Origin: Thecamonas trahens ATCC 50062
Taxonomy: Eukaryota; Protista; Apusomonadida
DNA length: 64,000 nucleotides
Assembly: GCF_000142905.1 (NCBI RefSeq)
Contig: NW_013657660.1
Span: 461,315-525,314 of the forward strand
Direction: 5' to 3'
Under the pieces are notes generated by a model, which searched no databases, was not told where the DNA came from, and saw only the letters and a program-made list of their open reading frames with translations. The first letter of the stretch is position 1, and the number at the start of each line of letters is the position of its first letter. The position numbers were made by a program, and so were the translations under genes. This document shows, one piece after another, positions 11,473 through 20,756 of this stretch.

Positions 11473-13243
11473 ATGCCCCGTAGTGGGTACACCCTCCCAA
11501 AGCTATCCGAGGATGACAACCCGTTCCGCATTCCCGACGCCGAGACCATCTTTCGCATGCGTGACGAGGAGAAGCGAGTGGCGGCCGAACGGAGAGCTCA
11601 ACTGAGAACGCTCTCCATTTATGAAAAGTCCACCGCTTCTTCTCGTCGCGCACAGGCACTGGTTCATGTCCGTGGTTCAGACTCTTCATCAGATGATGAT
11701 GATGCTGCTGCTGCTACTGCTGATAATGATGTTGATGATCGTTATCGTCATCTTGGTTCTGCTCCTGCTCCTGGCGCTGGTCCGGGTCGTGGCGGAAGAT
11801 CAAAGACGGGCAAGATGACCGCCCGGGAGATGCGTGCTGCTAAGGAGAGGCAAAAGGCCAAGGACGAGTTGCTAGCAAAGGCTGGCGCTGCCATTCGGAG
11901 GCATCATGCCGGCGAGAAGCAGAACTTGCAGGCCTTTATCCGCAACAAGCGCAAGATGTTCGAGATCAAGTACAAGATCGGTGTCAAGCTCGACGCCGTG
12001 CAGAAGCTCATGGACGAGGAGCATCGGCGAATGGCGGCAGTGAACAAGCAGAAGGACTTGCTTGGCGCGGAAGAGGACAAGTTCCAAGAGTACAAGGACG
12101 AGATCAACGAGAAGCTGCAGGAGGCGGCACAGCGGGCCGAGCACGAGGAGGAGCTCAAGAAGCAGCAAAAGGCCATCAAAGACGGTCTGACGGAAGAAAT
12201 CACTCGGCTCTCGCGCAAGATCGATGAACGCGACCGCCTGCTGCACACGTACGAAAAGTACAAGTCCTTCCTCGACGAGCTCGACCGGTCAGCCGCCGAA
12301 AAGGCCGCCGCCCAGGCCCGCGTCCTCGGCCACGACGTCGACGCCGACCGCGCCGCTGACGGCGACGACGCGGCGCCCACCGCCGACAAGGCCCGCATGC
12401 TCGGCTCGTCAGAAGCGCTCCTCGACATTTTCCGCAACCTCGAAGAGTCCAACCTCTTCCTCATCCAAAACTCTCAGGAGCTACAGGAGCAGCTCACCTC
12501 GCTCAACGAACAGCATGCCACCGTCAAGCGCGNNNNNNNNNNNNNNNNNNNNNNNNNNNNNNNNNNNNNNNNNNNNNNNNNNNNNNNNNNNNNNNNNNNN
12601 NNNNNNNNNNNNNNNNNNNNNNNNNNNNNNNNNNNNNNNNNNNNNNNNNNNNNNNNNNNNNNNNNNNNNNNNNNNNNNNNNNNNNNNNNNNNNNNNNNNN
12701 NNNNNNNNNNNNNNNNNNNNNNNNNNNNNNNNNNNNNNNNNNNNNNNNNNNNNNNNNNNNNNNNNNNNNNNNNNNCGGGCAGGCTGGGGCCAGCAAGCCA
12801 AGAACATCGACGTCCTCGAGGGCCTACCCACCGAGGAGCGTATCGAGCTCATCCGCCGCAAGGTCAACGACGTTTACCGCAAGACAAAGGTCGGAACCTC
12901 GGAGATTCTCGACGTCATCCCCATGCTCACTAACATCGAGCGCCGCCTGCAGGAGCTCTTTCGCCACGTCGCCGCCCTCGACGAGTCAGAGGTCGAGGCC
13001 GAGGAGAAGGCCCGTGCCAAGCGTGAGAAGGAGATGAACCGCCGCAAGACAAAGCAGGAGCAGGCCGCCATCCTCGCCCAGCGCAAGCTCGACCAGGATC
13101 GCCGCGCCCGCCTCCCGCTCAAGCGCAAGGTCGGTAAGCCGCTCATGCGCCGCTCCAACCCGCACACCAAGAAGCAGACAAAGGTCGACTCGGACGCCGA
13201 GAAGCAGCAAGACGCCGAGATGTACCGCTACTTTTTCCTCTGA
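11473..13243 (+). CDS. CFAP100: Cilia/flagella-associated protein 100 (CCDC37/38, DUF4200); spans an assembly gap
   Basis: NPFRIPD..IFRMRDEEK, FIRNKRKMFEIKYKIGVK, LLDIFRNLEESNLFLIQNSQE and C-terminal KVGKPLMRRS...YFFL. The frame offset falls inside the N-gap 12533-12775. Confidence 0.88.
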
Positions 13244-13285
13244 GCTACAGTAAACGCCGTTCGCTGTCGCCACCCGCCACTGCCC

Positions 13286-14672
13286 TCACATCCGGCTCCC
13301 ACTCGCGCACAGCCGACACCGCACCCGATGCTCACAGAGCCACGCCCCGAGCACAGCCAGGAAGACATCCACCTCGGCTGCGGTGTTGTACACGTACGGC
13401 GCCACCCGGAGCCCACCCGATCGCGCAGAGACCACGATGCCGGCGGCCTTGAGCGCAGCCGCCGCAGCCTCGGCGCAGCCTTGGGCCCCAAGCCCCAAGC
13501 CGACCACATGCGGCGCGTGGCAACGGGGGACACGCAGCCCGAGTGCCCGCCCACCGCTCGCCACTCGGTCGGTGAGAGCCGAGACCGCGCCGGCAATCGC
13601 CGCCGGCCCGCCCCACTCGTTGATCAGCTCCAGCCCACAGAGCGCCACAGGAAGCACCACCGGGTTCGGCCGCCCGCCGCCATCGAGTCCACTTCCAGTA
13701 GCCTTGACCGCGAGCGGGTAGCCAAAGCCGGGCTCGTACGGGAGGCAGCCGTCGGAGCTCCCGCCGGCACGTGCTCGCTCGTGGACGTCAAGTGGCGAGA
13801 GCAGCGCCCGCGCCCGAAGAGACACCGCCACCAGCGCCGCTCCGTACACACCACAAAGCCACTTGTGAACTGAGGCCACCGCTACGTCCACGCCCAGCTT
13901 GTTCACGTCGAGCGGGATGACGCCAAGTCCCTGGGTGGCGTCAACAACGAGCAAGGTCGACGGCGAGAGCGCGTCCCGCGCCGCCGCGATCTTGTTCAGC
14001 TCGATCAGCGTCCCGTCGGTCCATCGCAGCGGCGGCAGATTGATGACACTCACTGTGTTGCCTCCATGCTCCGCATTTGCTTTCAGCTCGACCTCGACTT
14101 GAGCCGTTATCGCCTCGCTCGTCCCGTCCACAAACACAAGCTTGGCCCCGACCGCCTGCCACGGGAGCACCGCCGACGAGTTCTGATCCGCCACGCACAC
14201 GACTCGCAGCTCACCACCGGCCTCCTGAGCAACCTGGGCGAGGGATCGCGAAACAAGCGTCATACAATACGAGGTGGATGGCATAATGGCCACTTGATCG
14301 CCGCCGCTCTCGCTGCCGACCAGTGTGGCAAACGCCTCCCGCAGCGCATCAGGCCGCTTGTCGCCGTCGAGCTGCCATGGTAAGCACTTGGATTCCAGCG
14401 CAGCCTTGCCTACTGCAGCACATCGCTTCGGTAGCGGTGTCCGCGACGCGGCTGACAAGTAGATCGTGCCCCCCATGTCCTCAAACGCGTCGTGCCACGG
14501 CGGCTCGCTTGCCATCTGAAAAAAACCCACCCCAAGTCAAGTGTGCTGCTCGCCCGTGGCAGCAGCCGTAGCCAACTTCAGCCGTCACTCCACGCTCACA
14601 CACTGCATCGCACGCGCACAAGCTTACTGTCCAGTACACAGCATATCGGCCACGGAACAATTGCGGCTGCAT
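13286..14672 (-). CDS. Class-V PLP-dependent aminotransferase-fold enzyme (cysteine desulfurase/lyase-like)
   Basis: YLSAASRTP, VVDATQGLG, SVHKWLCG (PLP lysine) and LRVAPYVYNT. Probable exon 1 14672-14628 (MQPQLFRGRYAVYWT), phase-0 intron 14627-14516 (GTAAGC...TTTTTTTCAG), exon 2 from the ATG at 14515. Confidence 0.88.
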
Positions 14673-15582
14673 CGCTTTGTGGCGCGAGGTCCGTCAGACA
14701 ACGACTGAAACCGAAACGTACTCCTTACTAGACAACTCTCTTGCCGCCTGCGTAGCTGTCAACGCCACCGCAGCAGTCCATCCAACACTCCATCTCCTTG
14801 GATGACCTTTGCCGACACTCTATATGCCTATGAGTGGGTCGCTTGCCCTCTTGCCTGCAGCTCAAGTGCTCGGGAGCAGGCAGTGAAGTACATCAAGAGA
14901 AAAATTGTGCCCCTTGAAAGTGGGGTATGGTTTCACGCCGGGCCCCGCGTGCGTCGGCACGTGGCAACTCCCGCACCAGCGGTCGACACACTCGCCAGCT
15001 CAGCACCCTCCGCAACCTTCGACCCGAAGCAGCCCGACCATGCGAGCCGAGGTAGTAACCAACGCATAAAAGGCACCCCCAACATGCCATACATGCAAAT
15101 ACCTACTTAGGCTGCTTTGCCTGTGGGGAACTGCCTTTATTCTCTCCACAGCCTCCAACTCCACGCGGTGGTGCAAGACGACGAGGTGAGGAGAAGGAAA
15201 ACTCAAGTTGGCGCCTCCTTCATCAGTCAAACAAACCATCAATTGATGGTTGCGCACCACAAACCTTCGACGTCAACAACGACGGCAGCGTCGAGCGTCG
15301 ACCGCATCACCTCGAGCTTGTTCAAGAGACAGACACAGCCACAGCCAAGAGTGTCCACCTTCCACACTTGACCCTCTACACTCTCCATCCACCCACCCAC
15401 CCACCCATACCAACCCAACAGTCCTACAGCACCTCTTCATACCCCCCTCCTCTTCCCCCTCCGCCCTTTCAGCCGCTTCTCCCCGCCCTCTCTCTCCGGT
15501 CCCCGGTCCGGCTCCACCACCACCCAAATCCCTTCAACTTCAATCATATCCACAACGACAACGACACAAGGTCGCCTTCCAT

Positions 15583-18327
15583 ATGTCTACGCATACGCTT
15601 CCTGATGAGCTTATGCGAGGATCGTTGAAGCAATGGGCAACACGGATATGGACAAGGAACCGGTTGCCATCATGTACCTTTGGTGATCAACTCAAGGCCA
15701 TGAAGATGCGAAAGGTTGATCGTCGGTCTTTGTGGAATGCGCTCGTCTTTACACATGGTGAATCACAAGCTGCTCTTCGTGCTCTTGGTTGCGGCGACTC
15801 GTCGGTCTTGTCCAGTTTGAGCGAGTCGCACATGTCACCTCTGGTCGAGAGCGTTGCCAGATCCATGCCCGAGTCATCCACTTCGCCGGTGGCATCGTCG
15901 GCTGGTCCTGCATCTGGTGTGCGACCCAAGTGGAGTAGCAAGCACTCGGCTTCGGCGTCTGCGCCTGCGCTGCTCTCACTCTCGGTCTCGGCGATGAAGC
16001 GGGCACAGCCTGCTGCGCTGCAAGTCTACCAGTCGGCGGTCATTGTCAAGGCGCCAACGGGATCGGGAAGCTCACCCAAGACGGCCCAGCTACCACGGCT
16101 AGCGCCGCGATCGCCAGTCACCGCACTCTCGCTCTCGCCCAAGCGCCCGCGGTTCGAGCTCTCGCCGTCGGTCTCGGCCGAAGTCTCACCGGCAGGCACG
16201 CCCAGAGCCAAAGCGTCACGGGGCGGGAGCTCGCCAACAAGTTCCAGCCCGCCGACAAGCAGGCGCGCGTCGTCAAGGCGCAAGTCGCGCCGCGCGGCGG
16301 CAGCGACGCCGGCGAGCAAGCCCAAGCCGGTGGCAGCAGTCAAGAGCTCGTCGCGCGCAAGCGCCCGCAAGGCGCGCCAGTCGATCTCCAAGCTCGCGAA
16401 AAGCTCGAGTTCGAGCTCGAGCTCGAGCTTGGGCGGCGGCTCATGCTCCGACTCGGACTTTGGTCCCGATTTGTCCGGTGACGCGTCGTCGAGCTCGTAC
16501 GATTCGGGAACCATGGATAATGGGTACATTGGGCCCGGGCGTGGACGTGGGCGCAGGCGTGTGCATGGGCATGGAAGCGGGCGCGGACGCGGGCGCGGGC
16601 GCGGGCGTGAACGTGGGCGGACGAGGTCGCAGACGAGCGAGCGGTCGGTCGGCTCGTTGCGGCGCGGGCGTTCGGCCGATGAGAGCGTCACGGCGTCGGC
16701 GGCTGGCGCAAAACGCAAGGTGCGGCAGAAAGGAGGAAAGGCGGGGCCACGGGTCAAGGGTGACGTGCCGGGCGCTGTGCCCGCAGCCGCCAATCTACTG
16801 AAGTGGCGGACCAAGCCGTACGTCGGGCGAGGCAAGGTGCGGACAACAGCCAAGGAGCGGAAGCTTGTGGCTGCGGCCGAGGCCTTTGCGGCCAATGCGC
16901 GCAAGTCGGCGCCGCCAGTCAAGACCTTTGAGCCGTTTGTCCACGGCTCGCTGGTCCAGGCCAACAAGCGATACGGCATGCTCTTTGCACAGATTCTCGG
17001 CTCGCTCCTCGACCGCGACCTGCGCAACTCGTTCATCGCGTCTGTGATGGAGCATCTGGCCGACGCCATGGGCCTCTCGTTCCACATTCCGGCATCCGAG
17101 TTTTGGGGACTGGAGAAGCAGGCAGTGACGCGGATGCTGCGCGCCATGGGCCTCGATGCGCAGTACGGAGTCATGGTGACCATGGACCGGTTACTGAAGG
17201 CCGTCCAGGCCGCGGCGCCCAAGGTGTGGGGCGTAATGGGTATGAAGAAGATCCATTTGCAGACGTACATCGGGCTCTGCTACTCTTCGCTCCCGCCAGA
17301 GCCGTCGCGGATGTGGCCCGAATACTACGCAACCCGCGAGGCGTGGGTCGCGTCGGGCTTTGAAGTCGCCAACCTGCTGTGGATTGTGAGGCAAGGCCGC
17401 AAGAAGCTCCACCGTGCGCCGTCGTACGCGCTCGTCCGCGAGTACCGGAGCTGGGACGATCCGCTCATCATGATCCTTGATCTCGAGACTCGGTGCCTTG
17501 TCCGGCAGTACGGACCCATCCCACTGCCGGAGCATGCGCCCGAGATCATCGACGTCAACGCCTCGCTCCTCTCGCCGCTGGCGGCAACGCGGATCTACTG
17601 CCGCACTCTCCGGGCGGCGCTCATTCCCCGCAGCGACATCGAGTTTGCGCACCAGTACTATCTCGTCGCCGCGGAGCTCATCCAGAAGCTCTCTGGCGCA
17701 CCGGCCGACGGACCCGCTGCCGCCATGGCAGCGGCGCTCATCTCGAGCTGGGCTGCAAGCGACCATGGCTCGGGTGCCGCTGCTGGCGCCGCGCTCATTG
17801 TCCAGATGCTCAACATCTTTGGCTGCGGCTACGACTCGGGCTACTGTAGCTCTGTTTCCGCCCTACACGCTGCGCTCGTCGACATCTCGCCGACTGTCAT
17901 GTCGGGCTTCACACTCGATCATCTCCAGACCTGGATCCTGATCTGTTTTACTGTCCAGCCGTCGCGCGAGGCATGGGAGCGGTTCTGCGTCGTCCGCGAC
18001 GCGTGGGGGCAGGGCGACCGCGACTCGATTGACCTCATTGTCTTCTTTGACATCACCCGGCGCAAGATCCGGTACGACCCGCAAAAGGGCATCCCGGAGC
18101 CGCTGGCCTGGGACGACCCCCTCATCCCGCTCATCACCCGCACTCCCGACGGCCGGCTTGTCCTCGACCGGGACGCCCCGCCTGCAGCATCAACCTCGCG
18201 CGCCCGTAAGGTCCGGCGAACGCTCGCCTCACGAGTCCGTGTCCCAGCCAGCGAGCGCGCTGATTGGCGACGTGCCAGCTCCCCGCTGCCAAAGTCATCG
18301 GCCACTCGCAAGCGCAAGCGGACATAG
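15583..18327 (+). CDS. Orphan protein: basic Ser/Arg-rich disordered region plus two copies of an unrecognised globular domain
   Basis: Open frame of about 914 aa from the first ATG at 15583, host-like codon usage, C-terminal RKRKR (NLS-like). No family recognised. Confidence 0.7.
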   Translation: MSTHTLPDELMRGSLKQWATRIWTRNRLPSCTFGDQLKAMKMRKVDRRSLWNALVFTHGESQAALRALGCGDSSVLSSLSESHMSPLVESVARSMPESSTSPVASSAGPASGVRPKWSSKHSASASAPALLSLSVSAMKRAQPAALQVYQSAVIVKAPTGSGSSPKTAQLPRLAPRSPVTALSLSPKRPRFELSPSVSAEVSPAGTPRAKASRGGSSPTSSSPPTSRRASSRRKSRRAAAATPASKPKPVAAVKSSSRASARKARQSISKLAKSSSSSSSSSLGGGSCSDSDFGPDLSGDASSSSYDSGTMDNGYIGPGRGRGRRRVHGHGSGRGRGRGRGRERGRTRSQTSERSVGSLRRGRSADESVTASAAGAKRKVRQKGGKAGPRVKGDVPGAVPAAANLLKWRTKPYVGRGKVRTTAKERKLVAAAEAFAANARKSAPPVKTFEPFVHGSLVQANKRYGMLFAQILGSLLDRDLRNSFIASVMEHLADAMGLSFHIPASEFWGLEKQAVTRMLRAMGLDAQYGVMVTMDRLLKAVQAAAPKVWGVMGMKKIHLQTYIGLCYSSLPPEPSRMWPEYYATREAWVASGFEVANLLWIVRQGRKKLHRAPSYALVREYRSWDDPLIMILDLETRCLVRQYGPIPLPEHAPEIIDVNASLLSPLAATRIYCRTLRAALIPRSDIEFAHQYYLVAAELIQKLSGAPADGPAAAMAAALISSWAASDHGSGAAAGAALIVQMLNIFGCGYDSGYCSSVSALHAALVDISPTVMSGFTLDHLQTWILICFTVQPSREAWERFCVVRDAWGQGDRDSIDLIVFFDITRRKIRYDPQKGIPEPLAWDDPLIPLITRTPDGRLVLDRDAPPAASTSRARKVRRTLASRVRVPASERADWRRASSPLPKSSATRKRKRT

Positions 18328-18415
18328 TACCGATGCGTTTGCCCACACGCAAGCGCAAGCGGACATTGTGCGGGATGCGTCTGCCCGACTGGAGAGACGT
18401 AAAGCGACATAGAGG

Positions 18416-18418
<3 letters not shown>

Positions 18419-18479
<61 letters not shown>
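18419..18479. repeat. (GA)n microsatellite, about 30 units
   Basis: Directly visible. Confidence 0.98.
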
Positions 18480-18481
<2 letters not shown>

Positions 18482-18674
18482 GCAGCTGTTGTTGAGGCGA
18501 GCAAGTGACGAGTGAGTCGTGTCGGGAGCAGACGGCACACACACACACGCACACTCGACTCAAGTCGCACCACGCACACGGGCAGCCCACACATCCCACG
18601 GAGCGGTTTTGTGTGCAGTTGTGTGTGACAAAACACGGGATAGTCTTGTTGGTACACCGTCAAATACCACCACC

Positions 18675-20735
18675 ATGTCGCACTCTTCGAGTTCTTCTGG
18701 CCCTGGCAAGCTCCGTCGGCTCATCGAGGGCGGAGTCGGACCGACATTATCATCATCATCATCATCATTATCATCATTATCATCATCATCATCATTGACT
18801 GCTTCTGGAAGATTAGAACGAGGAATGCGAGAATCGGAGATGGCAAAGATGGATGACTCGTCAAAGTCTTCTCGTGTTATGGAGAAGCCGGGCTCCCCCT
18901 CCATGCGCTCAGAGTCGAGTGCAGGGGCGGGTGCGAGCAACGGATCTGATGGCGACGATGATGGCGCTGGCTCGAGCTCGTACAGAGGATCAAGCTCGGG
19001 GAATGAGAGTGAGTGGAGGTATTCGCATGAGGCTGGTGACCGATCATCGGGATCGTCGGGATCGTCGGGATCGTCGGGATCGTGTGCGGCGTCGTCATCG
19101 CCGCGAGCGCTGCTGCCGTCGCGATCGCAGCATAATGCTGGATCTGGTAGTCCCGAGTCGACGAGCTCAGAGTCGATAGCCGATATGCAGTTGTCACCGC
19201 TGAAGACGCCGAGGTCGCGAGAGCCAGCCCGGCGGGGCTCGCGGTCGTCGAGGAGGGTTCTCACGCTGTCGGACGAGAAGAGAAAGGAGCAAGCAAGAAG
19301 GGAGCGTGACGAGGCGTTAGCGCAGATGAGCGAAGAGATGCGCGAGGTGCTGTTTGGCGACGAGCTTGATGACTACGACGGCTTCTCCATGGCGGACCTC
19401 CGCGACGACGACCCGGAGCAGGAGCAACGCCAGGCTGAGCTCGCAGAGTATGTGGCGGAGCAGACGAGAGCGCTAGATGAGGCCGTAGCGGCTGCCGAGA
19501 AGCCCCAGACTGAGGCCACAACGTCGGTCATCGAGAGCAGCCACATCACCGCTGGTATCATCGACCCACTGATTGGTGTTGACGTCGTGGTGGCACAGCA
19601 GCATGTTGTGCCGCTGAACTTTCCGCTCGAGGCCGGGCTTGCCACCGACGGGCTCGACCAGACCGCGCTCCAGGCGGAGATTGCGGTGCTTGACCGCGAC
19701 TCGCTGACGGCTTTATTTGGCGAGCCGCTGCCGAGTCCACTTCTGGCCTGGCTATCTTCGGTGGTGGCGTACGGCTCAGACCGGCACGTCGTGCTTGCGG
19801 CGGCTGAGACGCTGTGCGCTGTTGCCGGCCTTGCCGAGCCGCTGCCGAGCGTCTCAGCCTGGGTTCAGGTCCTGGCCAACTATGGCTGCCCGACAGGCAG
19901 CGAAGAGCAGCCCAATGCGATCGCCCACGGGCAGCTGGGAGTTGTCCGATCTGGACCTCGTCTCACACCGTCGAGTGCCGACAGCGCGGTGGACGATGCG
20001 CTCTACGGCAACATCCGCGGTGTGCTGCGGGTGCTGGCGTGCGGGTTGGCAAGCAGCAGCATTGCAAGCGGCGAGGGCGAGGCCGGTGATGCAGCGTGCG
20101 TTGCACTCGGCACCGCGCTCCTTGCGCTTTACACCGACATGCGGCAGTCGCTCGTGTGGGCCGATGTAAGCTCGGCGTTGGGCGCGCTTCTCGGCATCTG
20201 CTGTGGGCGGAGCAGGGCGACGGACGCACTGGTGGCGACAGCAGGCGAGATGATGAGCGGCGCTTCGGCGATGGCCGACCACGTTGTGCGGCTGTTGCCG
20301 GGCGAGACGCGCGCGGCGCGGGCGTTTGTGCAGCGTGTCGCCGGCGAGCTGGTGGTGCGGCAGCTCGCGCCGATTGCGGCGCTGGGGGAGGGCTCCGGGC
20401 GAACAGCGCCGTCGAGCATGTGCGATGACGAGCTGGCGGGCGAGGTGCAGCGGGCTCTAGATACGCTTGCGCTGGCCTCGGTAGGTGTTCGGAGCCGGGA
20501 AGCAGCGCCGCTGTTGAGCCCGCTGTGGGCGGCGGCGCGGGCGCTGCCGCTGCTGCTAGGAAGCCGCAGTGATGCGCGCGAGAGCAAGTCATTTGTAGCA
20601 CGCCTCGGCGCGCTGACCACAGCGCTCGACGAGGGGCTCAGCTGGCTGGCGCGGGCAAACCACTATGTGTCTGTCCCGCAGTTGGCGCTGGGTGACGCAC
20701 AGATTCTGATGGAAGAGGTTGCCGAAGAGATGTGA
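18675..20735 (+). CDS. Putative SLF2/FAM178 (CANIN-domain, Nse6-like) SMC5/6-associated protein
   Basis: Ser-rich N-terminus, then a coiled coil, then a helical domain. PLPSPLLAWLSSVVAYGSDRHVVLAAAETL...LPSVSAWVQVLANYG resembles the FAM178 block P..(I/V)L.WLF......D.....(A)...L...PS.......F.N.G. First ATG at 18675 (MSHSSSSSG). CDS confidence is high; family confidence is moderate. Confidence 0.55.
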   Translation: MSHSSSSSGPGKLRRLIEGGVGPTLSSSSSSLSSLSSSSSLTASGRLERGMRESEMAKMDDSSKSSRVMEKPGSPSMRSESSAGAGASNGSDGDDDGAGSSSYRGSSSGNESEWRYSHEAGDRSSGSSGSSGSSGSCAASSSPRALLPSRSQHNAGSGSPESTSSESIADMQLSPLKTPRSREPARRGSRSSRRVLTLSDEKRKEQARRERDEALAQMSEEMREVLFGDELDDYDGFSMADLRDDDPEQEQRQAELAEYVAEQTRALDEAVAAAEKPQTEATTSVIESSHITAGIIDPLIGVDVVVAQQHVVPLNFPLEAGLATDGLDQTALQAEIAVLDRDSLTALFGEPLPSPLLAWLSSVVAYGSDRHVVLAAAETLCAVAGLAEPLPSVSAWVQVLANYGCPTGSEEQPNAIAHGQLGVVRSGPRLTPSSADSAVDDALYGNIRGVLRVLACGLASSSIASGEGEAGDAACVALGTALLALYTDMRQSLVWADVSSALGALLGICCGRSRATDALVATAGEMMSGASAMADHVVRLLPGETRAARAFVQRVAGELVVRQLAPIAALGEGSGRTAPSSMCDDELAGEVQRALDTLALASVGVRSREAAPLLSPLWAAARALPLLLGSRSDARESKSFVARLGALTTALDEGLSWLARANHYVSVPQLALGDAQILMEEVAEEM

Positions 20736-20756
20736 GGCCGAGCCAGTGGATGGGGT

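Noticed and set aside
10902-11689. ORFs running through N-gaps (also 56888-58242 and 60868-61561)
   Set aside because: Open only because N codons contain no stops.
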